Source: SAR116 cluster bacterium AG-335-N04
GTDB lineage: Bacteria > Pseudomonadota > Alphaproteobacteria > Puniceispirillales > Marisalimonadaceae
Direction: 5' to 3'
NCBI GenBank assembly: GCA_003279355.1
Contig: QBZS01000001.1
Coordinates: 57,844-121,843, forward strand
Length of the DNA: 64,000 bases
Of this stretch, positions 10,209 to 20,391 are shown in pieces (position 1 is the first letter of the stretch; every line of letters starts with the position of its first letter). A program made the position numbers and the translations under genes. The notes under the pieces are model-generated. The model was given only the letters and a program-made list of their open reading frames with translations, made no database searches and was not told the DNA's origin.

Positions 10209-10231
10209 TTTGATAATTTGATTTTATCAAA
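10209..10231. promoter_or_regulatory. Palindromic candidate operator TTTGATAA-N7-TTATCAAA
   Basis: Perfect 8-bp inverted repeat in the divergent intergenic region; LysR-like T-N11-A geometry. Confidence 0.3.
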
Positions 10232-10289
10232 TAATGTCACAGCTTTACAAATTAAATTTATTCTAAATTATTTAAACAAGGCATCTTAA

Positions 10290-11021
10290 ATGCTTGAACT
10301 ATCTTTATCAGAAAATATTATTCTAGCAGTTCTATCATTTTTTACAGCCTTGATGACATCAATAGCAGGGGCAGGTGGAGGTACTGTACTATTAGCTGCC
10401 ATGCTTCAGTTTATGAATCCAGCAGAAGCAATACCAGTACATGGAGTTATTCAATTTACTTCAAATATAACAAGAACATGGCTTTTAAGGAAATTTGTAA
10501 ATTGGAATATAATATTTAAGTTTTCATTATTGTTACCTATTGGAATATTTATAGGTCTTAAAATTTTTCAAAATATCGATGGTGATAATATTAAAAATTT
10601 AATTGGATTTTTTATATTGCTTGCACTGGGAATTCAGAATTTAAAAATTATTGACAGTTTAAAAGTTCCAACAAATTTATATTTAATAGTTGGTTTTCTT
10701 ACAGGTATTTTAAATATATTAGTGGGTGTAATTGCTCCTCTTTTAGCTGTTATTTTAAAACAAAGCATTTCAGACAAAAAATCTATTGTGGGTACTTTAG
10801 GTTATTTTGGATTAATCGGTAATTTAATAAAAATAATAGGGTTTACATTTATTGGATTTTCTTTTTTTGAATATATAGATACTTTTTTGATGATATTACC
10901 AGCAACATTAATTGGAAGTAGGATCGGTCAGTTATTACTTTTGAAAATTAGTAACAAAATATTCATGAGAATTTTCCAATTAGTATTAATCTTTTTAGCA
11001 ATAAGACTTCTTATTATTTAA
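10290..11021 (+). CDS. Sulfite exporter TauE/SafE family membrane protein
   Basis: About 8 TM segments; GAGGGTVLL and AIPVHGVIQ motifs. Confidence 0.8.
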   Translation: MLELSLSENIILAVLSFFTALMTSIAGAGGGTVLLAAMLQFMNPAEAIPVHGVIQFTSNITRTWLLRKFVNWNIIFKFSLLLPIGIFIGLKIFQNIDGDNIKNLIGFFILLALGIQNLKIIDSLKVPTNLYLIVGFLTGILNILVGVIAPLLAVILKQSISDKKSIVGTLGYFGLIGNLIKIIGFTFIGFSFFEYIDTFLMILPATLIGSRIGQLLLLKISNKIFMRIFQLVLIFLAIRLLII

Positions 11022-11121
11022 TTATCTTAATTTTTTTATTTTAAATTTATTAGTATCAATTTGATTCTTTAAAAAGAAGATGTAAACTTATAATTAATAT
11101 TAAAAAGATGGAGGAATTAAT

Positions 11122-12270
11122 ATGAAAAAATTTTGTTTTTACTTTTCTTTTTTAGCATTAGTAATTTCTTTTAATATATCAAATTCTATTGCTGATAAAT
11201 TACCTAAAAACATTTCTTGGACTGCATATGGAACGACCTCATCAGGTTATGCTCAATCTGTTGGTATTGGCCAAATGCTTAAAAAAAATTATGGTACGGA
11301 TTTAAGAATAATTCCTGGCAAAAATGATGTTTCTAGAATGGTCCCACTTAAAGCAGGACAAGCAGAAATATGCGCATGTGGAATAGCAAGTTTATTTGCG
11401 CAAGAGGGCGTGTTTATGTTTGCAGATAAAAAATGGGGACCAATGAAAGTTTACAATATGTTCAATAATATTGGAAGAAATGGTCAAACAGTTGCTACAG
11501 CCAAAGATGCAAACATTAAAACGATGGCAGACCTAAAAGGTAAAAGAGTTACTTGGGTAAAAGGATCTCCAGCTCTTAATGGGAACATGGCAGGTTTTTT
11601 AGCGTTTGGTGGCCTAACATGGGATGATGTTATCAAGGTAGAGGTTTCTGGTTACGGAGCATCGGCTAATGCAGTTATAAATGGTCAAGCAGATGCAAGT
11701 ATGGGTTCTTCTGTAAGTAGTATTTTTAATAAAACTAATGCTTCACCTAGAGGTCTTTTCTTTCCACCAATGCCACATAACGATGAAGTAAGTTGGAAAA
11801 GAGCAATAGCTACAGCTCCCCATTTTGCTAAAGCAGTTGTAACAAACTTTGTTGGATCTTCCGATAGTAATAAATCTTTTGAAGGAATGAATTACCCTTA
11901 TCCTATTTTTGTTACAATGGAAACAACCTCTGAAGATTTATCATATCATCTGACTGAAGCTGTTATGAATAATTACGACCAATTTAAAGATTCTGGACCA
12001 GGAATGGATGGATATCAATTGTCAAATCAAAATTTTAGTTGGATTTTTCCATATCATCCAGGAGCAGTTAAGTTTTACAAAAAGAAAGGTGTTTGGACAT
12101 CAAAGCATGACAAACATAACGCAAGCTTAATAAAAAGACAGGATGTTTTAGCTAAAGCTTGGCAGAAAACTCTAAAGGCAAATTTATCTGGTGACGCTTT
12201 TAAGAAAAAATGGCTTGAAAATAGAGCATCTTCTTTAAAAGCTGCCGGCATGCCAAATGCATATAATTAA
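11122..12270 (+). CDS. TAXI family TRAP transporter solute-binding protein
   Basis: Signal peptide, WTAYGTTSSGY, DLKGKRV, PYHPGAVKFY; GGAGG RBS; upstream of fused permease. Confidence 0.88.
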   Translation: MKKFCFYFSFLALVISFNISNSIADKLPKNISWTAYGTTSSGYAQSVGIGQMLKKNYGTDLRIIPGKNDVSRMVPLKAGQAEICACGIASLFAQEGVFMFADKKWGPMKVYNMFNNIGRNGQTVATAKDANIKTMADLKGKRVTWVKGSPALNGNMAGFLAFGGLTWDDVIKVEVSGYGASANAVINGQADASMGSSVSSIFNKTNASPRGLFFPPMPHNDEVSWKRAIATAPHFAKAVVTNFVGSSDSNKSFEGMNYPYPIFVTMETTSEDLSYHLTEAVMNNYDQFKDSGPGMDGYQLSNQNFSWIFPYHPGAVKFYKKKGVWTSKHDKHNASLIKRQDVLAKAWQKTLKANLSGDAFKKKWLENRASSLKAAGMPNAYN

Positions 12271-12280
12271 AAAATGAATC

Positions 12281-12311
12281 TGATAAGGTAAAACTAAGTT
12301 TTACCTTATCA
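12281..12311 (+). terminator. Intergenic hairpin between TRAP binding protein and permease (partial terminator or mRNA stabiliser)
   Basis: Perfect 15-bp inverted repeat TGATAAGGTAAAACT-A-AGTTTTACCTTATCA. Confidence 0.6.
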
Positions 12312-12326
12312 AAATCGGAATTAAAT

Positions 12327-14306
12327 ATGTCCCAAAATCAACTAGAAGATTCTTTAATTAGAAACAGGGCTCCAAACGATATCTCCAACTATGTTTTAAG
12401 GTTTGCCGCCATATTATCTTCTTTTCTTTCAATTTACATGTTGTTCGGTGTTGGTAATTTTTTAAATACTTATGTGCTGCTGGATACCGAGTATCTCTAT
12501 GCTATGATTGCTCTATTATTACCTTTACCATTTATTGTATATCATCCCACTCCTAGAAGAGGAAATAAAATACCCTGGTATGATATAATTTTTGCTGCCT
12601 CTACGTTTATAATTGCAAGCTATTTTTGTTATAGTGGCTCATTAATTTTAGAAGAGGGATGGGAATATCTTGCACCAACTTATGCAAAAATAATGGCATT
12701 TATTTTATGGGGTTTGGTTTTAGAGGCTAGTAGAAGAGCTGGTGGAAATGCAATTTTTATTATTTGTTTAATTATTTCTATTTACCCAGCAATTTCGACT
12801 TTTCTACCTGGGTTTTTAAGCGCGCCAGCCCAACCATGGGATACTACCGCTACATTTCATATTTTTGGTACAGAAAGCATTATGGGTATACCAATGACTG
12901 CATTTGCAACCCTAGTTGTTGGTTTTTTAATTTTTGGAGTAGCTCTTCAACATACTGGAGGTGGATCTTTTTTTTTAAATTTAGCTTTTGCACTTTTGGG
13001 TACTAGAAGAGGTGGACCTGCAAAAGTTTCAATTTTTTCTTCTGGTCTAATGGGTTCAATGAGTGGAAGTGTAATTACAAACGTTTTAACTACTGGTGTA
13101 CTTTCTATCCCCGCAATGAAGAAAACTGGCTTCAAATCTTCTTATGCAGCAGGTGTCGAGGCATGTGCATCTACAGGTGGAGTATTAATGCCTCCAGTTA
13201 TGGGAGCAACTGCATTTGTGATGGCAACTTTTTTAGAGGTCCCATACTCTGAGATTATTATTGCAGCTGCTTTTCCTTCTATATTGTATTATTTTGGTCT
13301 TTTTATGCAAATAGACGCGTACGCAGCAAGAAATCACCTTAAAGGTTTACCTGCACAAGAACTTCCATCCATTAAAAAGGTTTTAAAAGAAGGGTGGTAT
13401 TTTGTATTTGTATTTGTAATGTTAATTTTAATGTTATTGTATATGCAAAGAGAAGCACAAGCTCCTTACTATGCCACAGCTACATTATTAATAATCAATC
13501 AAATTGTAAAAATACACAGGTGGAACTCCAAAAAATTTCTTAATTTCATTGAAAGCGTAGGTAGATTGTTTGCGGAACTTGCTGGTATTCTAGTTGCAAT
13601 TGGCCTCATTATTGGTTCACTAACTTTTACTGGTAAAATTGGTACTATTACATACGCGCTTGTAGATTTTGCGGGTGATTCTATAATCATTTTACTTATT
13701 ATGGGTGCGCTTACTAGTTTTATATTGGGTATTGGGATGACAGTAACTGCCGCTTACTTATTTCTAGCAGTAACCCTTGCTCCAGCATTAACAGGTAGTG
13801 GTTTAGATAAAGTTGCTGTTCATTTATTTATGTTATATTGGGGAATGATATCATTTATAACTCCGCCAGTTGCTATAGGTGCATTTGCCGCTGCGACAGT
13901 TGCTGGTGCAAATGGAATAAGAACAGGCGTAGAAGCAATGAAATTAGGTAGTGTTATTTATTTCATTCCATTCTTTTTTGTTCTAAATCCTGCACTAATA
14001 GGTAGAGGATCGGTGCTCGAAATTTTTACTGTTTTCTTTTCTGCTATTGCAGGAATTATTCTTATTTCAAGCTCTTTACAAGGATATTTAGTTGGAATAG
14101 GAAATCTTAAAAACTCAAGATATTTAGAATGGCCAATAAGAATCATGCTTGGATTTTCAGGTATATTAATGGCCCTTCCAGGTGGAGATATTACAGGGTA
14201 TTCAAATTATGAAATTAATTTTTTTGCGATTTTATTATTTTCTATACCAATCACCTATTTATTATTTTTAAAGTTTAACAATAAATTTAATAAAGATTTA
14301 TTATAA
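12327..14306 (+). CDS. TRAP transporter fused permease (4TM/12TM)
   Basis: GGPAKV, SGSVITNV, EACASTGG.LMPPVMGATAF and ITPPVA motifs. Confidence 0.92.
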   Translation: MSQNQLEDSLIRNRAPNDISNYVLRFAAILSSFLSIYMLFGVGNFLNTYVLLDTEYLYAMIALLLPLPFIVYHPTPRRGNKIPWYDIIFAASTFIIASYFCYSGSLILEEGWEYLAPTYAKIMAFILWGLVLEASRRAGGNAIFIICLIISIYPAISTFLPGFLSAPAQPWDTTATFHIFGTESIMGIPMTAFATLVVGFLIFGVALQHTGGGSFFLNLAFALLGTRRGGPAKVSIFSSGLMGSMSGSVITNVLTTGVLSIPAMKKTGFKSSYAAGVEACASTGGVLMPPVMGATAFVMATFLEVPYSEIIIAAAFPSILYYFGLFMQIDAYAARNHLKGLPAQELPSIKKVLKEGWYFVFVFVMLILMLLYMQREAQAPYYATATLLIINQIVKIHRWNSKKFLNFIESVGRLFAELAGILVAIGLIIGSLTFTGKIGTITYALVDFAGDSIIILLIMGALTSFILGIGMTVTAAYLFLAVTLAPALTGSGLDKVAVHLFMLYWGMISFITPPVAIGAFAAATVAGANGIRTGVEAMKLGSVIYFIPFFFVLNPALIGRGSVLEIFTVFFSAIAGIILISSSLQGYLVGIGNLKNSRYLEWPIRIMLGFSGILMALPGGDITGYSNYEINFFAILLFSIPITYLLFLKFNNKFNKDLL

Positions 14307-14330
14307 AAAATAAAATAGTTAATTTATTAA

Positions 14331-15209
14331 TTATTTTAATATTACATTGTTCTTTTCGATTTTTTTGGCAACGGCTAAGATTCTATACATTTCTCTTAAG
14401 ACAGGTTTCTCAATAAGTTTTCCATCAATAACAACAAGCCCTGTATTTGCTTTCTCAAAAGTTGACGTTATTTTTTTTGCTCTTTGAATGACTTCCTCTG
14501 ATGGAGTAAACACTTCATTTAAAATTGGTATTTGTTTTGGGTGTATTGATCCTTTCCCGCTAAAGCCTAGTCCTTTTGCTTTAATTGCTTCTTGTTTCAT
14601 GCCTTCAGGGTCATCTAAGTCTAAAAAGGGGACGTCTATGGCATCAATTCCAGCAGATGAAGCTGCATGTACTATTCTTGACCTGGCATATAGTAAAGGT
14701 TCCCATTTATTTTCACACCTTAATTCAGCTGACATGTCTACTCCACCAAAAAACAAAGCATCAATTCTGTTAGAGCAATTAGCTATATCGTATGCTTTTT
14801 CAAGTCCTTCATTAGTTTCAATAATGATGTGTAGTCTACAATTATGCCTTTTTTCAGTGAGTAAACTATCTAATAGGACTATTTCCTCAGAACTTTTAAC
14901 TTTCGGGATCATTAAAGCAGGAGGAGGGGTGTTTGCATTTAAGATAGCTTGTACATCATCTATGCCAAATTTTTCTCTTAGGGAGTTAATTCTAAGTATC
15001 CTCTCAATACCATCATCATTTTGTTTTGTTTCAAATAACTTTATCGCTAATTTTCTAGCTAAAATTTTGTCTTGGGGAGCAATCCCATCCTCTAATTCAA
15101 CACACACCATATCTGTCCCGGATTTAATAGCTTTAGGAAACATTTCTGGTTTTAGACCCGGAGTGAAGATAAAACTCCTTCTCGATTGAATTAAGTTATT
15201 ACTATCCAT
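14331..15209 (-). CDS. CoA ester lyase (CitE/malyl-CoA/citramalyl-CoA lyase family)
   Basis: RSFIFTPG, ELEDG, RIN, PKV, IET, GGVD and GKGSIHPKQ motifs. Confidence 0.88.
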   Translation of the reverse strand: MDSNNLIQSRRSFIFTPGLKPEMFPKAIKSGTDMVCVELEDGIAPQDKILARKLAIKLFETKQNDDGIERILRINSLREKFGIDDVQAILNANTPPPALMIPKVKSSEEIVLLDSLLTEKRHNCRLHIIIETNEGLEKAYDIANCSNRIDALFFGGVDMSAELRCENKWEPLLYARSRIVHAASSAGIDAIDVPFLDLDDPEGMKQEAIKAKGLGFSGKGSIHPKQIPILNEVFTPSEEVIQRAKKITSTFEKANTGLVVIDGKLIEKPVLREMYRILAVAKKIEKNNVILK

Positions 15210-15873
15210 TTTTCACCTTTCTTAAATAAATCGCGTGATATACTTTTTGCTCATTCTTTGAATCTACAAATTCTGTATTAACCAAAAACCCAACTTTTTC
15301 AAATGCTCTAACTACTTCATTTAAGTCTTTATTAGGAGCAACTTTATCATCAAAATTTTTAATTCCTTTAAATTTACATGCTAAGAGACCAACTCCATCA
15401 AATTTCAAAATCCTATAAAATTCTTTTGCATAGTCAGAAAGTGGATATAAAAAATAGATTACATTGATAGCTAGAAGTTTTGTAAATGTGTTGTCTTTTA
15501 TAATGTCTCCTAATTGATTCGCATCATTTGAAAAAAAAACTACTTTTTGATTACTAAATTTTTGAATTAATTGATTACGAAACTTTTCACTTACTTCTAT
15601 GGAAGTAATTTTTTTATTAGTTAGTTGAAGTATTTTTTCAATTGCTTGTCCGTTTCCAGATCCTATCTCTATAACTTCGTCATTATTTCTTACATCAAGC
15701 TTTTTAACTGAGTCATTAATTATAAACTCGTTAAAATTTATCATTAAATGTTTTGCAATGTTACCAAGAAATCCATCAGTGGGACTTCTCATATTTTTTG
15801 TCATCAATTTTGTGTGTTTTATTTGAGAGTAGATTAATAAATAAACATAAAATTTAATTTTATTTATTTTCAT
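15202..15873 (-). CDS. Class I SAM-dependent methyltransferase
   Basis: VIEIGSGNG motif I, AINVIYF, RILK..G. Confidence 0.8.
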   Translation of the reverse strand: MKINKIKFYVYLLIYSQIKHTKLMTKNMRSPTDGFLGNIAKHLMINFNEFIINDSVKKLDVRNNDEVIEIGSGNGQAIEKILQLTNKKITSIEVSEKFRNQLIQKFSNQKVVFFSNDANQLGDIIKDNTFTKLLAINVIYFLYPLSDYAKEFYRILKFDGVGLLACKFKGIKNFDDKVAPNKDLNEVVRAFEKVGFLVNTEFVDSKNEQKVYHAIYLRKVKNG

Positions 15874-16671
15874 TCAACTCTCCAAAAATGACCTTAAATT
15901 ATGGTTGAATAATTCTGGTTTCTCAATATTTATTAAATGACCAGCCTCTGGAATAATTTTGATATAACTATTTTTAATTTCTTTCATAATTTCTTTAGAC
16001 ATTGAAGGTGGTGTTAGACTATCAAGTTCACCAACCATTATTAATGTAGGTACATTAATTGTTTTAAAAATATGACGATGTTCTGTTCTCATAGAGGTAT
16101 CAATTGTTTTTAAATAACTGTCTTTATGAAGTAGAGACATTGAATCAACTAGTTGCTTAAAAGCAGAAGTATTTTTAATGTCACCAATTAATGTTTCAGC
16201 AACTATAGGAGCTATATCTATAGGTTCTTTCCCGTTTAATAGGGGCTCTTTTCTTAAATTTATAAATCTTTCCACATCTTTTTTACTAAGGTTTGATAAA
16301 CCAAAATGTGTGTCACACAAAGTAAGTGTTTTGACATTACTAGAATATTTTTCATAAAATAAAGTTGCGATTTGTCCACCCATTGAAAGTCCAACAATAT
16401 GAGCTTCATCTTTATTAAAAAAATCCAAAACTTTTTTTAAGTCGTCTAATATGTCATCAAATTTAAGTGTCCCCTCATAATCATCGCTTTCACCATACCC
16501 TCTTGTATCCCATGCAACTGACAAAAACTTATCAGAAAAAAAATAAAGATTATCTTTCCAGTTCTTTTTATTTCCTCCAATTCCATGAAGAAAAATTAAC
16601 ATTTCACCCTCTCCAGCATAGTCAACTGAAATTGAAGGGCTTTTACCAATTTTAATACTCTTGATGTTCAT
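15874..16671 (-). CDS. Alpha/beta hydrolase (PcaD/MenH-like)
   Basis: LHGIGG, RGYGES, GLSMGG nucleophile elbow, GELD, AGHL.NIE. Confidence 0.88.
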   Translation of the reverse strand: MNIKSIKIGKSPSISVDYAGEGEMLIFLHGIGGNKKNWKDNLYFFSDKFLSVAWDTRGYGESDDYEGTLKFDDILDDLKKVLDFFNKDEAHIVGLSMGGQIATLFYEKYSSNVKTLTLCDTHFGLSNLSKKDVERFINLRKEPLLNGKEPIDIAPIVAETLIGDIKNTSAFKQLVDSMSLLHKDSYLKTIDTSMRTEHRHIFKTINVPTLIMVGELDSLTPPSMSKEIMKEIKNSYIKIIPEAGHLINIEKPELFNHNLRSFLES

Positions 16672-16676
16672 ATAAT

Positions 16677-17218
16677 TTAAAACCTACTTCCTGGCGATTT
16701 TAGAAACTCTAATTCCGATTTACTTGATTTTCTACCTAATATTTTATTTATGTGGGGGAACCTTGAAAATTTCTCTATAATTTTTTTGTGTCTCAAAGCG
16801 TATTTGAATGTATTTTTACTAGTAAACTTTTTAAAAAAATGCAAGCCAAGTTCATGGTCAATTATATTTTCACTATGCATAATTAGCATTAAAAAAAACT
16901 ATTATAGTGAAATTTACATTCCATAAGAAAATTATTTTCAATAGCAGTTTTAGATAATTCTAAAGCTGTTTTATGACCTTCAAATGCCTTAGGATTATTT
17001 CTGAAAACATTTCTTGTGAACTGATCAAGAACAAGAAAATAAGAAAGATAATTATCATAAAATATTGAAATTTGTTCAATATTAATCCTTAAACATATTT
17101 CTATCTTTTTTTTAAATTTTGTCCTTAACAGTTGATCAAAACTATCACTTTTTTTGAACCACATATTAGGTGTGCATTGAACGAACCAAAAATCTAGAAT
17201 TAATTTGGTATCAATCAC
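16677..17218 (-). pseudogene. DUF924 family gene, frameshifted
   Basis: ILDFWF..WF..FD and LDQFTRNVFR in one ORF; MHSE and RFPH.N.ILGRKS in the next; one extra base in the A8 run at 16891-16898 fuses them. Confidence 0.75.
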
Positions 17219-17369
17219 TATTTAAACTTCGTAGAATTTTACCAATCTCTTTTCCCATTTCTTTTTGACCAAAAAAAGGAGCTTTTTCACAAGCTTCTGC
17301 AAGATAATTAAAATTTTTTGTTTCTAAGTATTTTGTCCATAGAAGACGCATTTGATTTTCAATATTCAT
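17211..17369 (-). CDS. Small hypothetical protein (52 aa), not in ORF track
   Basis: MNIENQMRLLWTKYLETKNFNYLAEACEKAPFFGQKEMGKEIGKILRSLNSD; fills the gap and overlaps both the MFS stop and the DUF924 start. Confidence 0.65.
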   Translation of the reverse strand: MNIENQMRLLWTKYLETKNFNYLAEACEKAPFFGQKEMGKEIGKILRSLNSD

Positions 17370-18597
17370 ATTTATCCACGCTTTTTATTGACTGTTTATA
17401 TTTAAAAAAAAGATAAAACATTATTAATAAATTAATTAAATTCCAAAAAATTCCATTTAAAAATGCCATCTGATAAGAGTTAGTAAAATCATAAATTTCT
17501 CCTGACAGCCATCCTCCGAGTGACATCCCAACTATAGTCGCAAAAATTAATAAACCAACTCTTTCAGCGACTTCATTTTCTGGTAAAAACTTACTAATTA
17601 TAACTGCGTAAATTGGAACAATACCACCTTGAGATAAACCAAAACAAATTGCCACTATGTATAGCGATAATTGGCTATTAAAGGGTAAAAACATCGACAG
17701 AGAAATTGCTTGTAAAGTTGATCCAAGTATTAAAGTTTGAATTGGACCTATTTTGTCAGATAAGAAACCAAATAGTACTCTACTAGTTACAGCAGCAAAT
17801 AGCATAAAGGATAATATTTCAGTTCCCACAGCTATCCCAAAACCGCTATCAATGCATAAAGGAACAATATGTACCTGTGGCATTGACATTGCTATGCAAC
17901 AAAAAACACCAGCAAACATTAGTAAAACTTGAATTTTCTTGTCACTAATTGATAATTTCAAATTAGAATTCACATTTTCTTCTTTTTTTATTTTAGAGAA
18001 ATCATTTTTTAAATTTGGTGACTTTTCCCCAAGAAAATAAAATAATATAGGGATAAAAATACTACAAACTAATGCAATAAAAAGATGAGCCTCTCTCCAT
18101 TCACCATTTAAAAGAAAATCCTTAATTACAAAAGGCCAAACTGCTCCACAAAGATGTTGACCACTCGCAACTAAAGATACTGCAAGCCCTTTTCTTTCAT
18201 AAAAAAATCTTGAAATATCAGCCATCATTGGCCCAAAAAATGCGGCAGCAGAAAAACCTAAGAAAAATTGAATTATTGAAAGCCACATAACATTATTAGC
18301 TAGTGTTGAAATTAAATATGAAAAAACCAAAAGAGTTAAAGCAAATATTATAGGTTTTGTAATTCCTATTTTATCTAGCATTCTCCCTATAATGACATTA
18401 CCTATTCCATATCCAAACATAGTTGCTACATAGGGGTATGTAGATGCAGCTCTATCAAGGACAAATTCACTTTGAATATTAGGCATTATAATTACGACTG
18501 ACCACATTCCTGCAGTGCCAATAACGCTCATTATAAAAATTATTATTAATCTAATCCATGCCTGATTACTATCAAGGTCGATCAAATTTTTGTTCAT
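17359..18597 (-). CDS. MFS transporter
   Basis: 12 TM; GRMLDKIG and GFLSDKIG motif-A repeats. Confidence 0.9.
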   Translation of the reverse strand: MNKNLIDLDSNQAWIRLIIIFIMSVIGTAGMWSVVIIMPNIQSEFVLDRAASTYPYVATMFGYGIGNVIIGRMLDKIGITKPIIFALTLLVFSYLISTLANNVMWLSIIQFFLGFSAAAFFGPMMADISRFFYERKGLAVSLVASGQHLCGAVWPFVIKDFLLNGEWREAHLFIALVCSIFIPILFYFLGEKSPNLKNDFSKIKKEENVNSNLKLSISDKKIQVLLMFAGVFCCIAMSMPQVHIVPLCIDSGFGIAVGTEILSFMLFAAVTSRVLFGFLSDKIGPIQTLILGSTLQAISLSMFLPFNSQLSLYIVAICFGLSQGGIVPIYAVIISKFLPENEVAERVGLLIFATIVGMSLGGWLSGEIYDFTNSYQMAFLNGIFWNLINLLIMFYLFFKYKQSIKSVDKYEY

Positions 18598-18681
18598 TTG
18601 TAGTTGCTCTTCATCTTTATTTGATTAACATATTTATAAGATTAAACAACATGATATGTTTATAGTTAAGGGAGGTTGTTG

Positions 18682-19572
18682 ATGATATTATCCAAAGATG
18701 AGGTGAATTTTTACAACGATAAGGGATATTTACTGGTTGAGGATGTAATTACGAAAGATCAGCACAATGAAATGTTAGCTCTAGTAAAAGATTTTTTTGA
18801 AAGATCTAAAAATGTAAAAGAAAATGATAATATTTTTGATCTTGAAGATGGACATTGTTCAACTAACCCCAGACTAAAAAGAGTAAAGCAGCCTCATCAA
18901 CATTCTCAATTTTTTTGGGATATAATAAAACAATCTACAATTGAAGGAATATTGATTGATCTTTTAGGCAAAGATATTTCTCTAAAAACAAGTAAATTGA
19001 ATACTAAGGCTCCTGGAGGTGGTGCTGCAGTTGAATGGCATCAAGATTGGGCTTTTTATCCACACACAAACGATAATGTTTTAGCATTAGGTTTAATGCT
19101 TAATGATGTGGATATTGATAACGGACCGTTAATGGTTATACCCGAAAGCCACAAGGGTCCAGTTCTAAGTCATAACAATAATGGAGTTTTTTGTGGGGCA
19201 ATTAATCCAGATGATAAATTTTTTGATATTGACAAAGCTGTTACTCTTACAGGAAAAGCCAGATCCATGACAATTCACCACGCTAGAACTCTTCATGGCT
19301 CAGCACCAAATAATAGCCAAAAAAATAGATTAATGCTTTTTTATGAGTGTAATTCTGCTGATGCATGGCCTTTAGTAGGTGTTGGTGCCTATTTAAAAAA
19401 TAATGATCCAATAGAGTTATGTAAACAATTGGAAAAACAAATGGTTTGTGGGGAAGTGAGTTATCAACCTAGAATGGAAAGTGTTCCTGTAGTAATACCT
19501 TTACCACCAGCTCCAGATCATGGATCAATTTTCACAACACAAAAAACTGGAGGCGCAAAGTCAGCTTTTTAA
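18682..19572 (+). CDS. PhyH family Fe(II)/2OG dioxygenase
   Basis: VEWHQDWAFYPHTN, PESH, HHARTLHGS; GGAGG RBS 6 nt before ATG 18682. Confidence 0.88.
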   Translation: MILSKDEVNFYNDKGYLLVEDVITKDQHNEMLALVKDFFERSKNVKENDNIFDLEDGHCSTNPRLKRVKQPHQHSQFFWDIIKQSTIEGILIDLLGKDISLKTSKLNTKAPGGGAAVEWHQDWAFYPHTNDNVLALGLMLNDVDIDNGPLMVIPESHKGPVLSHNNNGVFCGAINPDDKFFDIDKAVTLTGKARSMTIHHARTLHGSAPNNSQKNRLMLFYECNSADAWPLVGVGAYLKNNDPIELCKQLEKQMVCGEVSYQPRMESVPVVIPLPPAPDHGSIFTTQKTGGAKSAF

Positions 19573-20336
19573 TTTTTGTAATCTGATGATTGTCTCTCGA
19601 GTTTTCTTAATAAAGCTGGCCAAGCAAGTCTATCTCTGCCTAAATCAAACATGCCAATAGATTGATCTTGTGTTGTTTTGATAGCCTGTTTTGAAGGTAA
19701 ATTAATGGACCCTGCTGATTGAGCTCTTATCTGAGCGGAACATGCTCTTTCAAGAAAATATATACCCATAAAAGCAATACCACACGTTTGTCCTACTGAC
19801 AAAGTTCCGTGATTTCGTAATATAAACAGATTTTTGTCACCTATATCTTCAACTAATCTTTCTTTTTCTGTGTGATCTAAAGCTAGACCTTCATAATCAT
19901 GATAGGCTATATGAGGATGTATCAACATTGATGTTTGACTTATTGGTAATAAACCATCTTTCTGGATAGACACTGCAACACCATCATTAGTATGAAGATG
20001 AAGAACACACTGCGCATCTTCTCTTGCTGAATGTATCGCACTATGAATTGTAAATCCTGCAGGATTAACTTCATATGGAGTGTCTAAAACTGAATTACCA
20101 TTAAGGTCAATTTTAACAAGACTTGAAGCTGTGATTTCATCAAACATTAGCCCATAAGGATTTATAAGAAAATGATGTTCTGGACCAGGTATTCGTAATG
20201 AAACATGTGTATATATTAAGTCATCCCATCCATAGAGTGCAATAAGTCTATAGGTTGCAGCGAGATCTAGTCTAAGTTGCCATTCTTCTTGGGTTATCTG
20301 ACTTTTTAGTTTATTAGTATCGATCATATAGTTCAT
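19569..20336 (-). CDS. Class II aldolase/adducin family protein
   Basis: THVS, INPYG, IHSAIH, HLHT and LRNHG Zn-binding motifs. Confidence 0.9.
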   Translation of the reverse strand: MNYMIDTNKLKSQITQEEWQLRLDLAATYRLIALYGWDDLIYTHVSLRIPGPEHHFLINPYGLMFDEITASSLVKIDLNGNSVLDTPYEVNPAGFTIHSAIHSAREDAQCVLHLHTNDGVAVSIQKDGLLPISQTSMLIHPHIAYHDYEGLALDHTEKERLVEDIGDKNLFILRNHGTLSVGQTCGIAFMGIYFLERACSAQIRAQSAGSINLPSKQAIKTTQDQSIGMFDLGRDRLAWPALLRKLERQSSDYKN

Positions 20337-20391
20337 GACATATTACCCTTCATTATATTTCCAAACATTTAAGAACAAACATATAATATTA

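Noticed and set aside
14488-15189. 233-aa antisense ORF over the CoA ester lyase
   Set aside because: It lies in the antisense frame where stops need rare Tyr/His/Gln codon contexts; Ser/Ile/Phe-rich shadow composition and no motifs
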